From: Trypethelium eluteriae
Lineage: Eukaryota
Length of the DNA: 62,780 nt
Direction of reading: 5' to 3'
Assembly (NCBI GenBank): GCA_051942245.1
Contig: JAVECL010000071.1
Location: 1 to 62,780, forward strand
Shown here piece after piece: positions 27,550-41,800 of the stretch; position 1 is the first letter of the stretch, and every line of letters begins with the position of its first letter. Under the pieces are notes generated by a model that saw nothing but the letters and a program-made list of their open reading frames with translations, did not search any database and was not told the origin of the DNA. Made by a program: the position numbers and the translations under genes.

Positions 27550-28513
27550 TCAAGGCCTCCGTCCGTAGACGACAGAAATACGGAAAACTCCCCCGTGAAC
27601 AGGCAATTCATTGGCAAGGTCGCCAGGCAATGCACGTAATTGTTCTTTCGTTAATGAGATGGGCAGTACCTCTGCTACAATGTTAGCGTTAGTCTATAGG
27701 GCCTACGTTTCGCACCGAACTCACGTTCAAAGAAATCCGCTAAGCCTTGTGCTGTGATCTGCATACTCTTTACACTTAAGTTCTTGATCACATCCTTCTC
27801 TGCCTGCGCTCCCATTGAGAGGGCTAAAAGACGCTGCTTAACGTCCAGACATCCCGCTTCTTGTAACAAAAATGGACATTCTGCCTTCAGATTCATTCCC
27901 TTCCCACCACTTACCACCTTTAGCATGTCTCTAAATGCGATTCCAAAACGCTGCATGGCCGGTCCATTGCCTTCTGGATCTTCCGGGTCCACTTCGACGA
28001 GTTGGATGTAGCCGCCTGGCTTCAGTAGCCCAACCAAGCCTTTCACGACCCCGTCCAGTGGTTTCATGCCTGCACCTGCCAATGCAAATCGAGAGTGCAC
28101 TAAGTCGAACGTACCATTCCAATCTACAGGCCATGGCTCGGTCATTGACTGGTGGTGGAAGGAGACGTTTGAAGGTGGGTGTTTGGGAAAGTAAGAATCC
28201 GCGATATCGGTCCCGACGTATTCGTGTTCTGCCTTGGCAGATTGTCGCACGTCAAGTAGCCATGTGCCTAGGCAATGTAAGCATTGCGAGAGACCATTTG
28301 AAATGTCTTACCGTCCGCTGTTGCTTGATCAAGGATACGTAGACCTGATTTTGAGAGGTTGATAGGTGCTACGATCAAGTCCCTCATATGTGACCTAATT
28401 ACTTCATGCTGTAGCTTGAGTCGCTCAACTTCCACATCCGTCTCTCCAAATACTACATTATCGTCATTGGCCCCCGTCGCAGAGACGGGCACCACGGCAG
28501 TTTTTGTAGTCAT
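27550..28513 (-). CDS. gliN: SAM-dependent N-methyltransferase, GliN/SirN-like
   Basis: ERLKLQHEVI..LIVAPINLS..LRILDQATADG|TWLLD, YVGTDI, WPVDWNGTFDLVHSRF, LLKPGGYIQLVE; introns ~28268-28311 and ~27675-27724; ends GGVFRISVVYGRRP*. Confidence 0.85.
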
Positions 28514-29487
28514 CGACCCCCAGTCTGGCAAAGGGGATCCCAATGATCTACAACAGGGCAGTTAAACCTTGGAGAGAAAAGCCAGGATTTTGATAACGTG
28601 ACTACGCTTGCAGGCGGCGGTCTTAAAGATAGAATTTGCAAAGAGCACCGGAAGATTTGATGAAGATCAAGAGGCAATCTTTGAGGTGAATGCTGAATGT
28701 CTTCGGAGTTTTCGTAGAGTGAGGTGAGAGACAGTCCGGCTTGGTTGGAAGCAGGATGTAACGATTTCCGAGGGGGATCATGACTTACCAAGACAGCTCG
28801 AAGGAGACGAAAGAGCATATATGCAGAATTAGGAATGTCTTGTAAATAGAGCGGAATCATCGCGCTACGCGCATCAACGCGCTACGAACTGAGCAAATCC
28901 CTTCGAAATGTTCGGTCAATAACCTCCAGGCAAGCACCCAGACAGAGAACTAGCTCAGGACTCCGCAAGATGCATCGGCGACTCTAGCATTTATTTGCAC
29001 GTGTTTAAGTCCACCTAATCAATAGCACTCGATGCAAAATACCACTCATGTAGATTGCTCGTCCTCATACTTTTCGGTGAATTTGAAGATGGCAAGGATT
29101 CGGCCTTGGCTGATGACATAATAATCTCGAGCTGCAAGCTTGTCACCTGAACTTGAGCTGGTTTCCCTTTTCAGCCTCTTCAGACGGAGGAGGACCGTCA
29201 GGTTCTACCTGCACTCTGCACAATTACGTAGATCGCTGGTAAATGGCACACGGAACCATGGCTTTCCGGGCCTTGTGTACCTCTTTCGGCAAGATTGGTC
29301 TTTGTGTGCGTTCGTTACAGCTCGCGCTCTCCGCTTTTCCTCGTCCGCGTCCTTTGCAGCCTAGCTTTACCTTAAGGTTACTTTTCTTTCATAGACTTCC
29401 TACTCCCAGATGTGATTAAATCTGTGTCCATCCTTGCTACACCTCCTACCTCAGAGCTTCGTCTTCCGAGCCAACTACAATCCCAAA

Positions 29488-30636
29488 ATGGCAGACTCCA
29501 CCGCGGTCGATGTCCTCATCATCGGCTCCGGCCCGGCTGGCTTGTCAGCGGCTCTCATGCTTTCACGCGCGGTCTATAAGACCGCTATATTCGATTCCGG
29601 GGTTTACCGTAATGCGCTCAGCTACCACATGCATGTTGTACCCACCTGGGATCACTCTGATCCAGCGAAATACCGCGAGGCTGCTCGCGTTGAACTCAAA
29701 GATCGCTACGGGGAGTTTGTGCACCTGGTGGACCACAAAGTGACATGTCTCAAGAAAGACAGCTCCGGGGCGGGCTTTGTCGCTGTGGACGCTACGGGGA
29801 AGAGCTGGATTGGGAAGAAAGTGATCTTAGCGACGGGCAACAAGGACGTCTTCCCTAAGATTGAGGGGTATGAGGAGTGTTGGGTCAAAGGAATGTAAGT
29901 GCCATCGTGTCACGAAGCTACTTTCTGTGGTAAAGCACGAGCGATTTTCTCTTCAGAACTATGTGCGAAAGGAGAATCTGAGCTCTACCTTAAACGTCAG
30001 CAGGGAGCTGGCACGGGCGAGCATCCACAGAATCTCCTTCACATAATTGCAGCACTATAAGCTACGTTAGCAGTTCCACTTACCATATCTAGCTTCCACT
30101 GTCTTTTCTGCCATGGCTTCGAAGACCGTGGCCAGTCCAGCGCCGGCGTGCTGGCCGTCGACCTCCTTGCCAAAATGCCCCCCATAACCAACGGCCTCTC
30201 CCGCAATGCGCTGCAATTTGCACGAACGGTCACTATCTACACCAACGGCAGCCTCGATGTCGCTTCCGCCATCGAGCCTATGGTCGCCAAACAACCCCGC
30301 CTTAGCATCAACACCAAGCCCATCCGCTCCTTCACCAAGCTCCCGACTGGCAGCTCCGTCCGGCTTACATTCGACGACGGGACGACGAAGGAAGAAGGCT
30401 TCTTGGCGCATACCCCCATGAATTCGATTGATTTGGACTTTGCAAAGGAGCTGAATCTTGAGATGGACCCTAGCGGCATGGCATTGAAGGTGCAGCAACC
30501 CTTCTTGGAGTCCACGGAGCCGGGGGTCTTTGTGGCGGGAGATATTTCGAGTCCGATGGCAAAGATGGTGCTAACTGGATTGACGAGTGGCGGCTTCGCG
30601 GCGAATGGAATCGTGCGGCAGTTGCAGGGGGATTGA
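29488..30636 (+). CDS. gliT: FAD-dependent dithiol oxidase/thioredoxin-reductase fold, GliT/SirT-like
   Basis: DVLIIGSGPAGLSAA, FDSGVYRN, MHVVPTWDH, ILATG, KGI|FHCLFCHGFE (CxxC), GVFVAGD; intron 29895-30092. Confidence 0.93.
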
Positions 30637-31115
30637 TGTGAAAGCCGGAAAGTATGCGATTGCGGGCTGAGATGATGGTGACTGTGCTATGACAGGAGTA
30701 ACTTACTTAAGGAAAGGATGGAATTACTTTGATGGCTTTTACTGAAGTTGTTGTTGGAAGTGGTAGTAATATGACATGGTGCTTGTGTGATCATTCCTTG
30801 TACCTCTGTACCCCACGATAGCTCCAGCTCATACAACGAGACCATTTCCCAAGCCGTATACTCAGAACTTGCGTACATGCCGCTGGAGCACAAGGCTGCA
30901 GCCGCCCCGCGGAAGGCGTGCTTCGATCTCATTCGGCCCTCCAACTGTTCGGTCTTTAAAGTCCGGAGTATTTGATGTGCATTGCGGAAGACACCCATCG
31001 CCTCCTATTTTGCATTCGCTTTATCCATACGGCTGGAGACTCTGCATCGCGAGAAGATTTGTTTATACATCACTATCATTCTTTGATTGAGTTAGCTTGG
31101 TATAATTATCTAAGT

Positions 31116-33002
31116 ATGGACGTGACATCCGATTTCCTTCGTCACATCTCCAATCTCAACCTTTCGAATTCCCAGATCGCGGTTACTTTCGGTATACTTT
31201 TATTCACCATCGCCAGTGTTGGCGAGCTCTTCTCTAAAAAGAAGAATGGATTCGCGAAGTTTGGAAATTCGAGGCTGAAGTCGTGGTTGACATGGCAGCC
31301 TATTGCGAGGATGAATCTGGACCAGGAGACTCGTGAAGGGTACTATAAGGTAATGAATATAAGCCAGCGTACAAAAAGAAAGAGAAGCTCATTGGTGTAC
31401 AGATGAACAAGGAACAAGGCAAAGCGTTCATTGTACCGATGGTTGGTAGGGATGTTTACGTGCTCCCGCCGAAGTATCTGGATGTCTTGAAGACGGCTGA
31501 GGGGATGCGGCTGAGTCTCGCGGAGAGCTTTAATACGGTAGGTGACGCAAACTGCTGGTGTGACAGGAGCTAATACTGTAAAGCTCATGAACCTGGAAGC
31601 TACCATGGGAATGGGCAGGGATGGATGCCACGACCAAATCGAGATTGATGTTGTTGGTCACGGTCTGAACCCGAACCTCAGTAAGGACGGCTGCAAAAGT
31701 TTTACTATCAGGAAAGAGACTGATCAGTGAAGCCAAACTCGTGCCCGAAATTGTCGAACAGACTGAGTTCGCTTTCGACCAGGAGCTTGGACACCTGCCC
31801 GGTTAGTCTTCCTCACAATAATTTGACTGAGCCGAAGCTGACCGGATAGTAGAATGGAAGGAGTTCAACGTCGCTACGTTTACGACCAACCTTGTCAACT
31901 GGGTCGTAAACCGCATGCTTGTTGGGGCTGAACTTTCTAAGAACGGTGATTACATACGTGCTGTCGAAGACTACACAATTACCTTCCTAATGAACGGCGG
32001 TTTTGGCTGGCATTTTCGTCCTCCCAAGTTTCTTGAAAAGCAGGTCTTCTATCTTTGCGCTGGGAATCTTCGCAAGAACCTAAGGCGCTGCGTCGAGTTC
32101 CTTGAACCAGTTATCGAAGCCCGAAAGAAGCAACTACCGAACTTGGTTCATAGCAAGGACAAGCCAATAGACATGATCCAATGGCTTCTCGAAATGCCCA
32201 ACTTGTCAGAGTATGATGCGCAGGCTGCCAAGCAGGCGCACCGAGTGGTGAGGCTAACGTTCGCTTCAACTGCTGTTTCGAAGCTGCTCATGATCAACCT
32301 CGTACATAAGATTCTGGAGCGTCCGCAAGATATCCCGATTTTACGAGAGGAGATTGAGAGATGTGTGAGAGAGCACGGCGGCTGGACGGAGAAGGCGCTG
32401 GCAAATATGAATTTTACTGACAGCTATATCCGAGAGATGATGCGGCTTGCACCCCCGAGCGCACGTAAGTGCTCTTGCCACGAGCTTATCTGTGCCAACT
32501 GACCTGACACAACATAGTGACCGGTCAACGGACGGTACTTGGTGAACCCTATCATTTCGACGACGGGCTTGTCCTACCATCAAATGCGAGAATGACCTTC
32601 CCTACCTTGGCAATCCACAAAGATGGTGACAACTACAAAAATCCAGAAAGCTTTGATCCTTGGCGCTTTGCGGGACGCAAGACAGCTGGCGGTGTTGAAG
32701 CTGGATTAAGCGCTTCTCAGATTGACAAAAAGTTTCTGTCGTAAGTGCATCCCACTTGCAAAATTGTCTTGTAAGCTCTGAATTAAAACTGATGGACTCA
32801 CCATAGCTTTGGGTATGGCCGGCAAGCATGTCCTGGGCGCTATCTAGCCGTCCGACAGATCAAGCTGATCTTTACCCGCCTGGTGTTGAACTACGATATT
32901 CAATGGACACCCAAGAGCCCACGGCCGAAAAGGATGAACGTCGAAGCGGCGCCATTCCCGAGTACGAATACACAGGTGTTTATCAAGAATAGGACTTCGT
33001 AA
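31116..33002 (+). CDS. Cytochrome P450 (ent-kaurene-oxidase-like clan; ETP tailoring, GliF/SirB-type by context)
   Basis: N-terminal TM segment, DMIQWLLE, LREEI, DSYIREMMRL (ExxR), FDPWRF, heme motif FGYGRQACPGRYLA; about 6 short introns. Confidence 0.9.
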
Positions 33003-33452
33003 GCCTGGCTCTGTCCGTAGCTGATGGTCATGTGGGATTGGGTATTTTTGGAATACTGCTGGTACAGTATTAGTCGCACCCTTGGCGAATCTCCTTGGAA
33101 GGATAGTTGTATAATGTAGCTATGTCTGTCTGATTGTTCCCTGAACCAATCCTTGATGATATTTGAGTTCGCTCTTCGTAGAATCATTGTGGCTGTGAAG
33201 AAGTGATGCAACTGAACCTACCTGGAAGCTTCACCAACCGGCCCGCGCCGCGTTTCGAGCAGCCGACGCTAGCCGTATTTGGAGCAAGACCTAATGGTGC
33301 AACTACCTAATAGAGAACCTGCAGCTGCTGGACAGCTCCGGCGAGTAAATTCCCTGTATCGTTACACAACGCCGACAAGGCTGTTAGCGGAAGGACGCAA
33401 CGCGTCTTTCAACCTTCAGCCTTTTGCTCCAAGACATCCCAGACAGCTCACG

Positions 33453-35289
33453 ATGTCTTCGGTGCGGCTAAATGAAAAGTCGACTGAGAACGGAGTTATC
33501 GAACAGCCTGCAGAAAGTCCTGAGATGCGCAAATTGTCACAGCAGAATTTCACCGAGCCACAAGAAGACCAACCATCCGAATCTCCAGACAAGGTGTATC
33601 CGTCCACCACCAAGCTTATCTTCATTGAGATTGGCCTGGCTTTGGCCGTGTTTCTCTATGGCTTAGTAAGTGTAGCAGCCTTGACGTCTACTGTCGATGT
33701 CTCAGTCAATATTTACATGATAGCAGGATGGCACGATCATTACGACAGCGATCCCGCGCATCACAGATGCGTTTGGTGCGCTTGAAGATGTTGGCTGGTA
33801 TGGCGCCGCCTACTATCTCACTTCGAGCGCCTTTCAGCTGCTCTTCGGCAAGATGTACACCATTCTCTCAGTCAAAGCCGTCTACTTTGGCGCCATCGGA
33901 CTGTTTGAGCTCGGTTCTCTGGTTTGCGCAACGGCACCAAATTCTCCAGCCTTGATCGTCGGAAGAGCGCTGGCAGGCATAGGTGCTGCAGGTCTTTACT
34001 CTGGGTCTGTGATCATCTTGAGTCATTCTGCGCCGTTGGCGAAGAGAGGGTTACTGACCGGCCTGCTGGCGGCGGCATTGGGCATCGCTTCGATCGTTGG
34101 ACCATTCTTAGGAGGGGCGTTCACGTAAGGGCAAGCATTGTACGAAACTGGAGTGACAAGCTAACCTGAGATTAGGGATAAGTTGTCTTGGCGATGGTGT
34201 TTCTACATTAACCTCCCTCTCGGCGCCGTTGCGGTTGTCCTGGTTGCGTTTTTCATCAAGATACCACGGGATCCTGAATATGCGAGCCTGAAGCCAGTCG
34301 AATTACTTGCGAAACTTGACATGATGGGCATGGCTGTGCTCATCGCAAGTATCATATGTCTCTTGTTGGCCCTACAATGGGGCGGCGTCACCTATGCATG
34401 GCATAACGCGAGAATAATAGTGCTACTCATACTGGCAATACTCCTGGGCATCGGCTTTATCCTGGTAGAGAAATACACTCCGAAGACACGAACAGTATCC
34501 AGATCGCTTTTTCGCAGTCGAAGTATTGGGTTTGCGACCTGGTACGGCGGATGCATCTTTGCTGCGTTTACCGTTACATTATACTACTTGCCCATCTGGT
34601 TTCAAGGAGTGGAGCAGGTCTCAGCGTTCGAATCCGGAAAGCGGAGTATCTCGCTCATCCTGGGCTTCCTGGTCTTTGGAATCCTTTCAGGAGCGCTGAC
34701 AAACGCCTTCGGATATTATACGCCACTGATGATCATCGCGTCAATCCTAACCTCTGTTGGAGCAGGCCTGTTAACAACTCTCAGTCCTAGTTCTCGGCAT
34801 CCACAGTGGATAGGCTACCAAGCGTTATTTGGGTTCGGGATAGGATTTGGCATCCAACATCCACTGCTTGTCATCCAGACTGTCCTTTCGGAGAAGGAAG
34901 TTCCGGTCGGAATAACCCTCATCACGCTGATTCAAAGTTTATTCTCTGCGATTTTTGTCGCAGTAGGGCAAAATGTCTTTCAGAATCAGCTTGCAAGGAA
35001 CGTTAGGGCGGTCATTCCGGATTTTAATGCCAACTCGTTGATTCGGGCAGGTGCAACCAGACTAGCGGAATTCGTACCAGCGCAGGATTTGCCAGCAGCA
35101 ATCTCGGCCTATAGTAAAGCAATTGACCAGACGCTTTATATCACCGTGGCGGTGTCTGCTTTGAGCATGATCGGAGCGTTAGGCACGGAGTGGAAGTCCG
35201 TGAAAAAAGAAGATCCGATGGTAAAAAAGGCAGACGATGAGAAGGACGCAGACGAGTCGCCACAAAGGCCCGCTTCAAATGCCGAGTAG
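33453..35289 (+). CDS. gliA: MFS (DHA2, 14-TM) toxin efflux pump, GliA/SirA-like
   Basis: LAVFLYGL|DGTIITTAIPRITD, DVGWYGAAY, FELGSLVCATAPNS, GPFLGGAFT, SWRWCFYINLP, YYLPIWFQGV, WIGYQAL, EWKSVKK; two introns. Confidence 0.92.
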
Positions 35290-35893
35290 CGCAAATTAGA
35301 GACTAAGATTCGGTGCTTTTGAATGTATTCGTGTCAGCACAACAAGGAGAACGGGTTGCAAAGCATTTGTCGACTTCATTGTGGAGGGCTTCACGTCTGG
35401 CAAAACATCTGGCGGTGTTGGTATAACTAATAGAGTTGGAGTCTTTGCCACTACGCCTACTGGTTTGAGAAAATTAAGATGTTCTGTGTGGTTTGTAATG
35501 GCTAGAACTGCGTTCAATCATGCTCTCTTCTCAGTAGCTACCACTTGGTCCCCCCTTAATTTCATACTTACAGTGAGCGACTAAGCGATTTTGCGACGAT
35601 ATCGCAGTTGAGTTACTGACCGGGAGGTCATCAACAGCAAGTGTCGCCTCGGCTTCGACGCAGTTTTGGAGACGGCTGGTGAGACACATCGGTATATTTC
35701 CGGATTCGGACATTTTGCAGATGCATTAGCCATCTCTAGCAATTCCACAACTTGTCTACCCGTCTCGTTTCGTACCACGCTGCAGTAAGCATCTCGGAAG
35801 TCAGCTTCTTTGGATTCCCAAATTCTCAAATTCCCAAATCTGATTCATTCCGTCAAGGTCAGGGAATGTCAACAGTGATGTGCTGAAGCCAAG

Positions 35894-38800
35894 ATGGCTT
35901 GCAAGACGAGTGGCGCAGAGGGTGATGATGAGAGAAATGTCATAGAAATCTTCGGCAAGCAGGTAACTTATGGTCCACATAATATTGCTGCAATATGTGG
36001 GAAAGAGTCCTTGACGTACCGCCAGTTGGATACCCGCAGCTCCAACCTTGCAGCAAAACTGTTGAGAAATGGTGTTGCTGTGGGAGATAGAGTCGTGGTG
36101 CTGACCGCGAGGAACTTGGACATGCTGGTCTTTTTTCTGGCAGTATTGAAAGCTGGCGCTTGCTATGTCCCGATCGATCTGGAGAGCCAAAGCGGAGACC
36201 GTATCCGGAGCGTCGTTGAGCGTGTACGGCCAAGAGTTGTCCTTTCATCAGATCCATCGCAGGTCTATGGCTTTCATAACATTTCTTGGACGAATTTTCG
36301 CGGTTCGCATTATAAAGATCAAGCAGTCGAAGGTGTCTCTGTCTCAGTTCATGTGAATCTTTCCGATTTGGCGTACATCATATTCACATCAGGGACATCA
36401 TCAGAGCCAAAGGGAGTTATGATACCGCACCGAGCACTATCAAATTATGTCCAGCAATACAGCGAAGAGGCTCCCTTCAACATGGGCGTTCGATCTGGAG
36501 ACGTTGTGCTGTCGATATTCTCTCCTGCATTTGATGCATGTACCGGCGTTGTCTTTTGCACTTTGTGTCATGGCGGAACCTTGCTCATGTCTTCACCTCG
36601 GAATCTCGAAGACAGTCTAGCAAGAAGTACTATACTGCCAGCAACTCCATCATTGCTGCGATCACTCCGATCTCCACCAAAGGACAGCCAGTTACGTGCT
36701 ATTTTTCTGGGTGGCGAGTCACCAACTTCAGACCTGATCAATCTCTGGCGAACACATGATAGAAAAATGTACAATGCCTATGGTCCCACTGAAACAACAT
36801 GTGCGTCCCTAATGATCGAACTGCTACCCGACAGGCCGGTCACTCTAGGCTACTCCATGCCTAACAGTACTGTGGTCTTACTCGACGCGGAAGGCAGAGA
36901 AGCTGACGAAGGTGAAATCTGTATCAGCGGACCGGGCTTAGCTCGAGGGTACTTCGAGAACGAGGAACTTACTATGCAAAAATTTATTTTCCTGAACAGA
37001 CGCTTCTACCGCACAGGAGACTTTGCTCGAAGACAAGACCAACACTTATACTTCCTTGGACGGCAAGACGCACTGATCAAGAATCGTGGGTATCTCGTGA
37101 ACCTAGAAGCTCAAGTCATGCCTGCCTTACGAGCTCAGCATGGGTTACAGCAAGCGTTCGCCTTGCAATATGAAGGACAGCTCGTGGCATTTGTCACTCC
37201 GGACATTGTAGACACAAGTGATCTCCGACGTCGAATGATGACACAGTATGATGGTCATACCGTGCCAGACAAGATAATCGCTCTAGCTGATTTGCCAGTG
37301 ACCTCCAACGGCAAGGTTGATGCTCGAGCTCTACGGACTCTCATAGCCGCGAAATATTTTGAAAACATCGAGGCCAATCGCATGAAGCGTGCACAACCTA
37401 GTCAAGACAAACTTCAGATTCTCAAAGAGGTTGTCAGTCTAAACATTTGCAGTTCAGATTCAGAACTTGGCCGGAGGTCCTTTATTCAACTTGGTGGAAA
37501 TTCCCATTCTGCGATAAGAGTCGTAGCGGAGCTGCGGGAAAGGGGCTTGTCGCTGGCAATGGGTCGATTGATTGGAAGCGAAACTCTCGAAGAGCTTGCG
37601 ATGTCCATTACCGAGGCGAAGACCATCAAGCCAGAAAACGAAGGACATCTCGAGGATATGAGCTTAACGACAAAAATTCAAGAGAGGCTTATGATAGGCT
37701 CATCAAAATACCATGCTTTGAACTACATGGTCGTCGAAATGGAGCTTCCGCACGAGGGCCAGAGCAGCATTGATGGCGAACTACGGCAAACTTGGGGTCA
37801 GCTTATTCAACGCCATTCGATCCTTTCACAATGCTGGAGCACAACAAGCGAAAAACAATTCAAATCGCCACTGTTGATGCCGCTGGATTGGGAGACAGTG
37901 GTAGCCGATGATTTGCGAGAGGTCGGAAAGGTTGAGGATGTTATTCGAACACAGCTTCTCGAACTAACGAAGAATTTTGACGCTTCAGGCCTGCATACCG
38001 CATTCCGATTGATAGTAGTCCCAGAGAAGCAATCAAAACTGCTCTGGCTGGTTCATCACGCTCAAGTCGACGGCTGGTCTGTTAGGGTGCTTGTGCAAGA
38101 GCTGCAAGCACTCCTCGATGGAAAAGCTTTGCCCTCCGCACCTCAATTTTTCCAAGCCGGATCTTTACAGAAAATGCTTCTACAGTCCATCGGAGATGAA
38201 CACCAGCAGTTTTGGACTTCCATCACCAAAGCAAGTTTGAAGGCGAAATTTCTGCCTTTGTCAAGATATCCGCAGCCGGGGAGATGGGAGGAGACGAAGG
38301 TCGAGCAAACATATTTGGGTCTATCGCTAGAACAGCTTGAGTTACGATGCCGCAATCTTGGAATCACAGCCAGTACAGCGTTGTACGCCGCTTGGGCTGT
38401 GGTATTGATGAAATACACGAACGCGTCAAGCGCAAATTTCGGCGTTGTGTTCTCGGGGCGCAACCTTGCGATGACGCGTGCTGACCGAGTTGTTGGCCCT
38501 CTGATCAACGTGCGCCCCTTCCCAGTATCATCGCCAGAAAGCAATGACAAGCTAGAATGGCTTCAGAGCATTCATCGGCAAAATCTTCGAATGAGCGATG
38601 CGCAATGGGGTTACTCAGACGACGGGCCGTCGACTTTCGACACCCTTGTTGTCCTTCAGTTTGGCCTTCCCGAGGTTGCGTTGAGTTGCACGGCAATTCC
38701 GGGCGTCCAAAGCTTCAGTACAAGCCAAATGAGCGAATTTACGTGGACTTTGCTGATGGAGGAAGACAAAGGCGAGCTGAAGATGCGGATGCTGTACGAT

Positions 38801-41800
38801 GCGCGTGTGGTAACTTCAAAAATGACTGTCCGTGCCCTTGGGCATTTGAAGAACGTCTTGCATAAATTACTTGAAGCTGCTGACAACAAATTCTCGTCTG
38901 TGAAGTCACAAATGCAGTCTCTAGCAGAACAGCACAGTTTAATTCACCATGCATCACAGCTGCACGACGGATATGAAGGGTCTTCAAGCATAAAAGAAGC
39001 CTTCGAAGTGATAGTCGCGCAATATCCAGATGCAACCGCTGTAGCATCTCCGTCTGGTTCATTGAGATATAGGGACATTGACCATATCGCAGCACAGATC
39101 GCTTCGATTTTCCCAGTCACTGCCTACCCAGGCGATGTTGTAGCAGTTGTAAGTGATGGAAGCCTTGAATGGCTGTGTGCAACGCTGGCAGTCGTTAAAG
39201 CAGGGGCTGCATACTGTCCAATTGATGTTAAGCTGCCTAAGTCTTACATCAAACTAATGCTCCAGCTATGCGAGGCGAAATTTATTCTAATACCCAGTGC
39301 TAAGTATGTAGCTCTTATAGAGTCGCTGAGACCCGAACCAGAGGTGAGAGGATCTTCAGATTGCGCGCTATAGCGTGCATACTAGCATGGCTGACTGTAT
39401 TTAGGCAGCTCCTTGTAAGCCAATCTTAGTGGAGTGTCCTCATTACTACCTCAAAGTCCAGCAGCCCTCGACGAAGCTCGAATCCTTACCTGGACCCCAA
39501 GACCATGTTTACCAAATCTTTACATCCGGCACGAGCGGATTGCCAAAATCCATTAAAGGTCAAAATTTGCCCCTTCTGTCGTACCTCCAGTATAGTCCTG
39601 CTAGACTCCACGCTCAACCCGGGCGTAAGATCGCCCAAAACTTCTCTGTTGGGTTTGATGCTTGTGTCGCTGAGATCTGGGGAACTCTTTGCTACGGGGC
39701 AACCCTAATGCTGAAAGATCCTAACGACTTCCTTGCAAACATTCTAGATGCAGACGCGGTGAATATTACACCATCTATGCTGATTTCTCTTCGTCCGCAG
39801 GACTTACCCAACATTAAGACGATGATGGTAGGTGGCGAAGCTGTGCCCAGATCGCTAGTAGACAAGTGGTCGCCAGGACGGCAGCTGTTCATTGCGTATG
39901 GTCCAGCTGAGTGTACAGTGGCCTGTCTCTTCTCTGAGACGACTTCTGGAAAACCTGTTTCACTGGGCCGACCCGTACCACGTACAAGTGTGTACATCCT
40001 AGACAAAGAACAGCAGCCCGTTCCCATTGGGCTCCCGGGAGAGATCTATGTGACTGGAATGCAGACCCTGGAAGGCTATGTTCACGGTGACCATATCAAA
40101 AGCAATGCGTTCCTCGCGGATCCCTTTAATGCAGGACTTATGATGTTCCGAACTGGCGACATAGGGCGGTGGAATGAGTATATGGAAGTTGAGTACCTCG
40201 GTAGGGAAGACCGCCAAGTTAAAGTTCGCGGCTACCGGGTTAGCCTTGAGGAGGTGGAAGCTGTAATCAGCAAATCTTCGTCCACCGTCGAACAAGTTGC
40301 TGTTGCCTTGTCTAACTCGAGTATCCTGGGATTTGTCGCTCCCGTCGGTGTGGACCTGGATGAGATTGCCATATATCTGCAAGATAACTTACCTTCGTAC
40401 GCCAGGCCTGCGAGACTTATCCCACTGGAAGACCTTCCCCAGACAGTCAATCACAAGACAGACTATCGTGCATTAGCAAAGGTGCAGACTTCGTTATCGT
40501 GTGATGGTCAGACGCCACCCTCTGATCCTATCGCTGCTCTCATTGCAGAGATTTGGCGTGAAATAGTATCATCAAGGACGAGTCTTGACAGCAAGATATC
40601 TTTGGAAAGCGACTTTATTGACCTTGGTGGTGACTCAATTCTACAAATGCAGGTCTCGCGGCGTCTTTCTCAAGAGCTTGGTTGCAACATACCTTTCCGG
40701 ACAGTGCTAACACATTCGAAGCTTGCTCCTCTAGCAGAAGCCGTTGCCTCTGTTGTGCAAGAAACCGTCGCCACCACCAAAGGGACATTCATGGGGATGT
40801 TGCACAATAATTCTATAGATACAAATGCTGTATCATCGACGGAACAGGAGCTCGTCCACTTATCGCACAGTGACCCGGAAAGCGCTTCGTTCAATATGCC
40901 GTTACTACTGACTTTACACGGGCCATTAGATTACGGTCGCCTCGTTAATGCAGTTAATAGGATGATTTCAAATTGCCGTGTCCTGCGCTCACGTTACCTA
41001 TTGGCTGGTGATAGAGTAAGGCGTGCTTTCGAGGAATCGAGCCTGCTCTTGGATATCCGCAGAATGTCGTGCTTAGACATGGATTTTGTGGAAAAGGAGA
41101 TAAACAGGCCATTTAACTTGTCCAAGGATGACATGCTTCGGCTGACTGTCATGGAAACAAACTCTGATCATCGTCACATCTTGCTGGTGGCACATCATTC
41201 GGTTATGGATGGCTCCTCCGTCGCAGTTTTTTTGAAGCTAATCCAGACTTTATACACCAAAGGAGAACCGCCCATGGAACTCCGAGGTGACGGAGAGGGT
41301 CTTGATTACATTAAATGGGTCGCTTGGAAGCAATCGATACCTATTAATATAGAGAAGCTATTCTGGAAGGGCTATTTGAGTGACGCAATTTCTATCTTCC
41401 CGGACAGAAACAGTACGGCCACAAGGTTACGCGGCCGAACTATACATTGCATCATATCTCGCAAAATTGCAAACGCCACATCTCAATGCTGCAAGACCTA
41501 CAGAATCAGCAGGCAACAGCTCGCCATCGCCTGTGCAGCAATAACCGTGCAGGAAGTTTATCAAACCTACGATGTCCTTCTCGCTGTACCCTTTTCAGAT
41601 CGGCGCGAACCTGGGACAGATGACCTCATTGGCCTCTTCCTCGAACGGTTACCAGTCAGAATAAAACTCGGAAACGGCTCCCTACGCGACATTGGCGGTT
41701 TGTTCGCCCTGGTCAAAGACCAGAGTGAACTAGCAGCACAAAAATTCATCCCACTGGCCAATATCAGGCAGGCAGTAGGAGAGGGTCATCCTGTATTCGA

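Noticed and set aside
30093..30123. GliT-like enzyme as a sulfur-migrating CxxH/CxxQ variant
   Set aside because: The motif is canonical CLFC, consistent with ordinary disulfide formation
35296..35830. Minus-strand ORFs between the MFS and NRPS genes as a gliH-like small gene
   Set aside because: No recognisable similarity; the region is more simply terminator plus promoter
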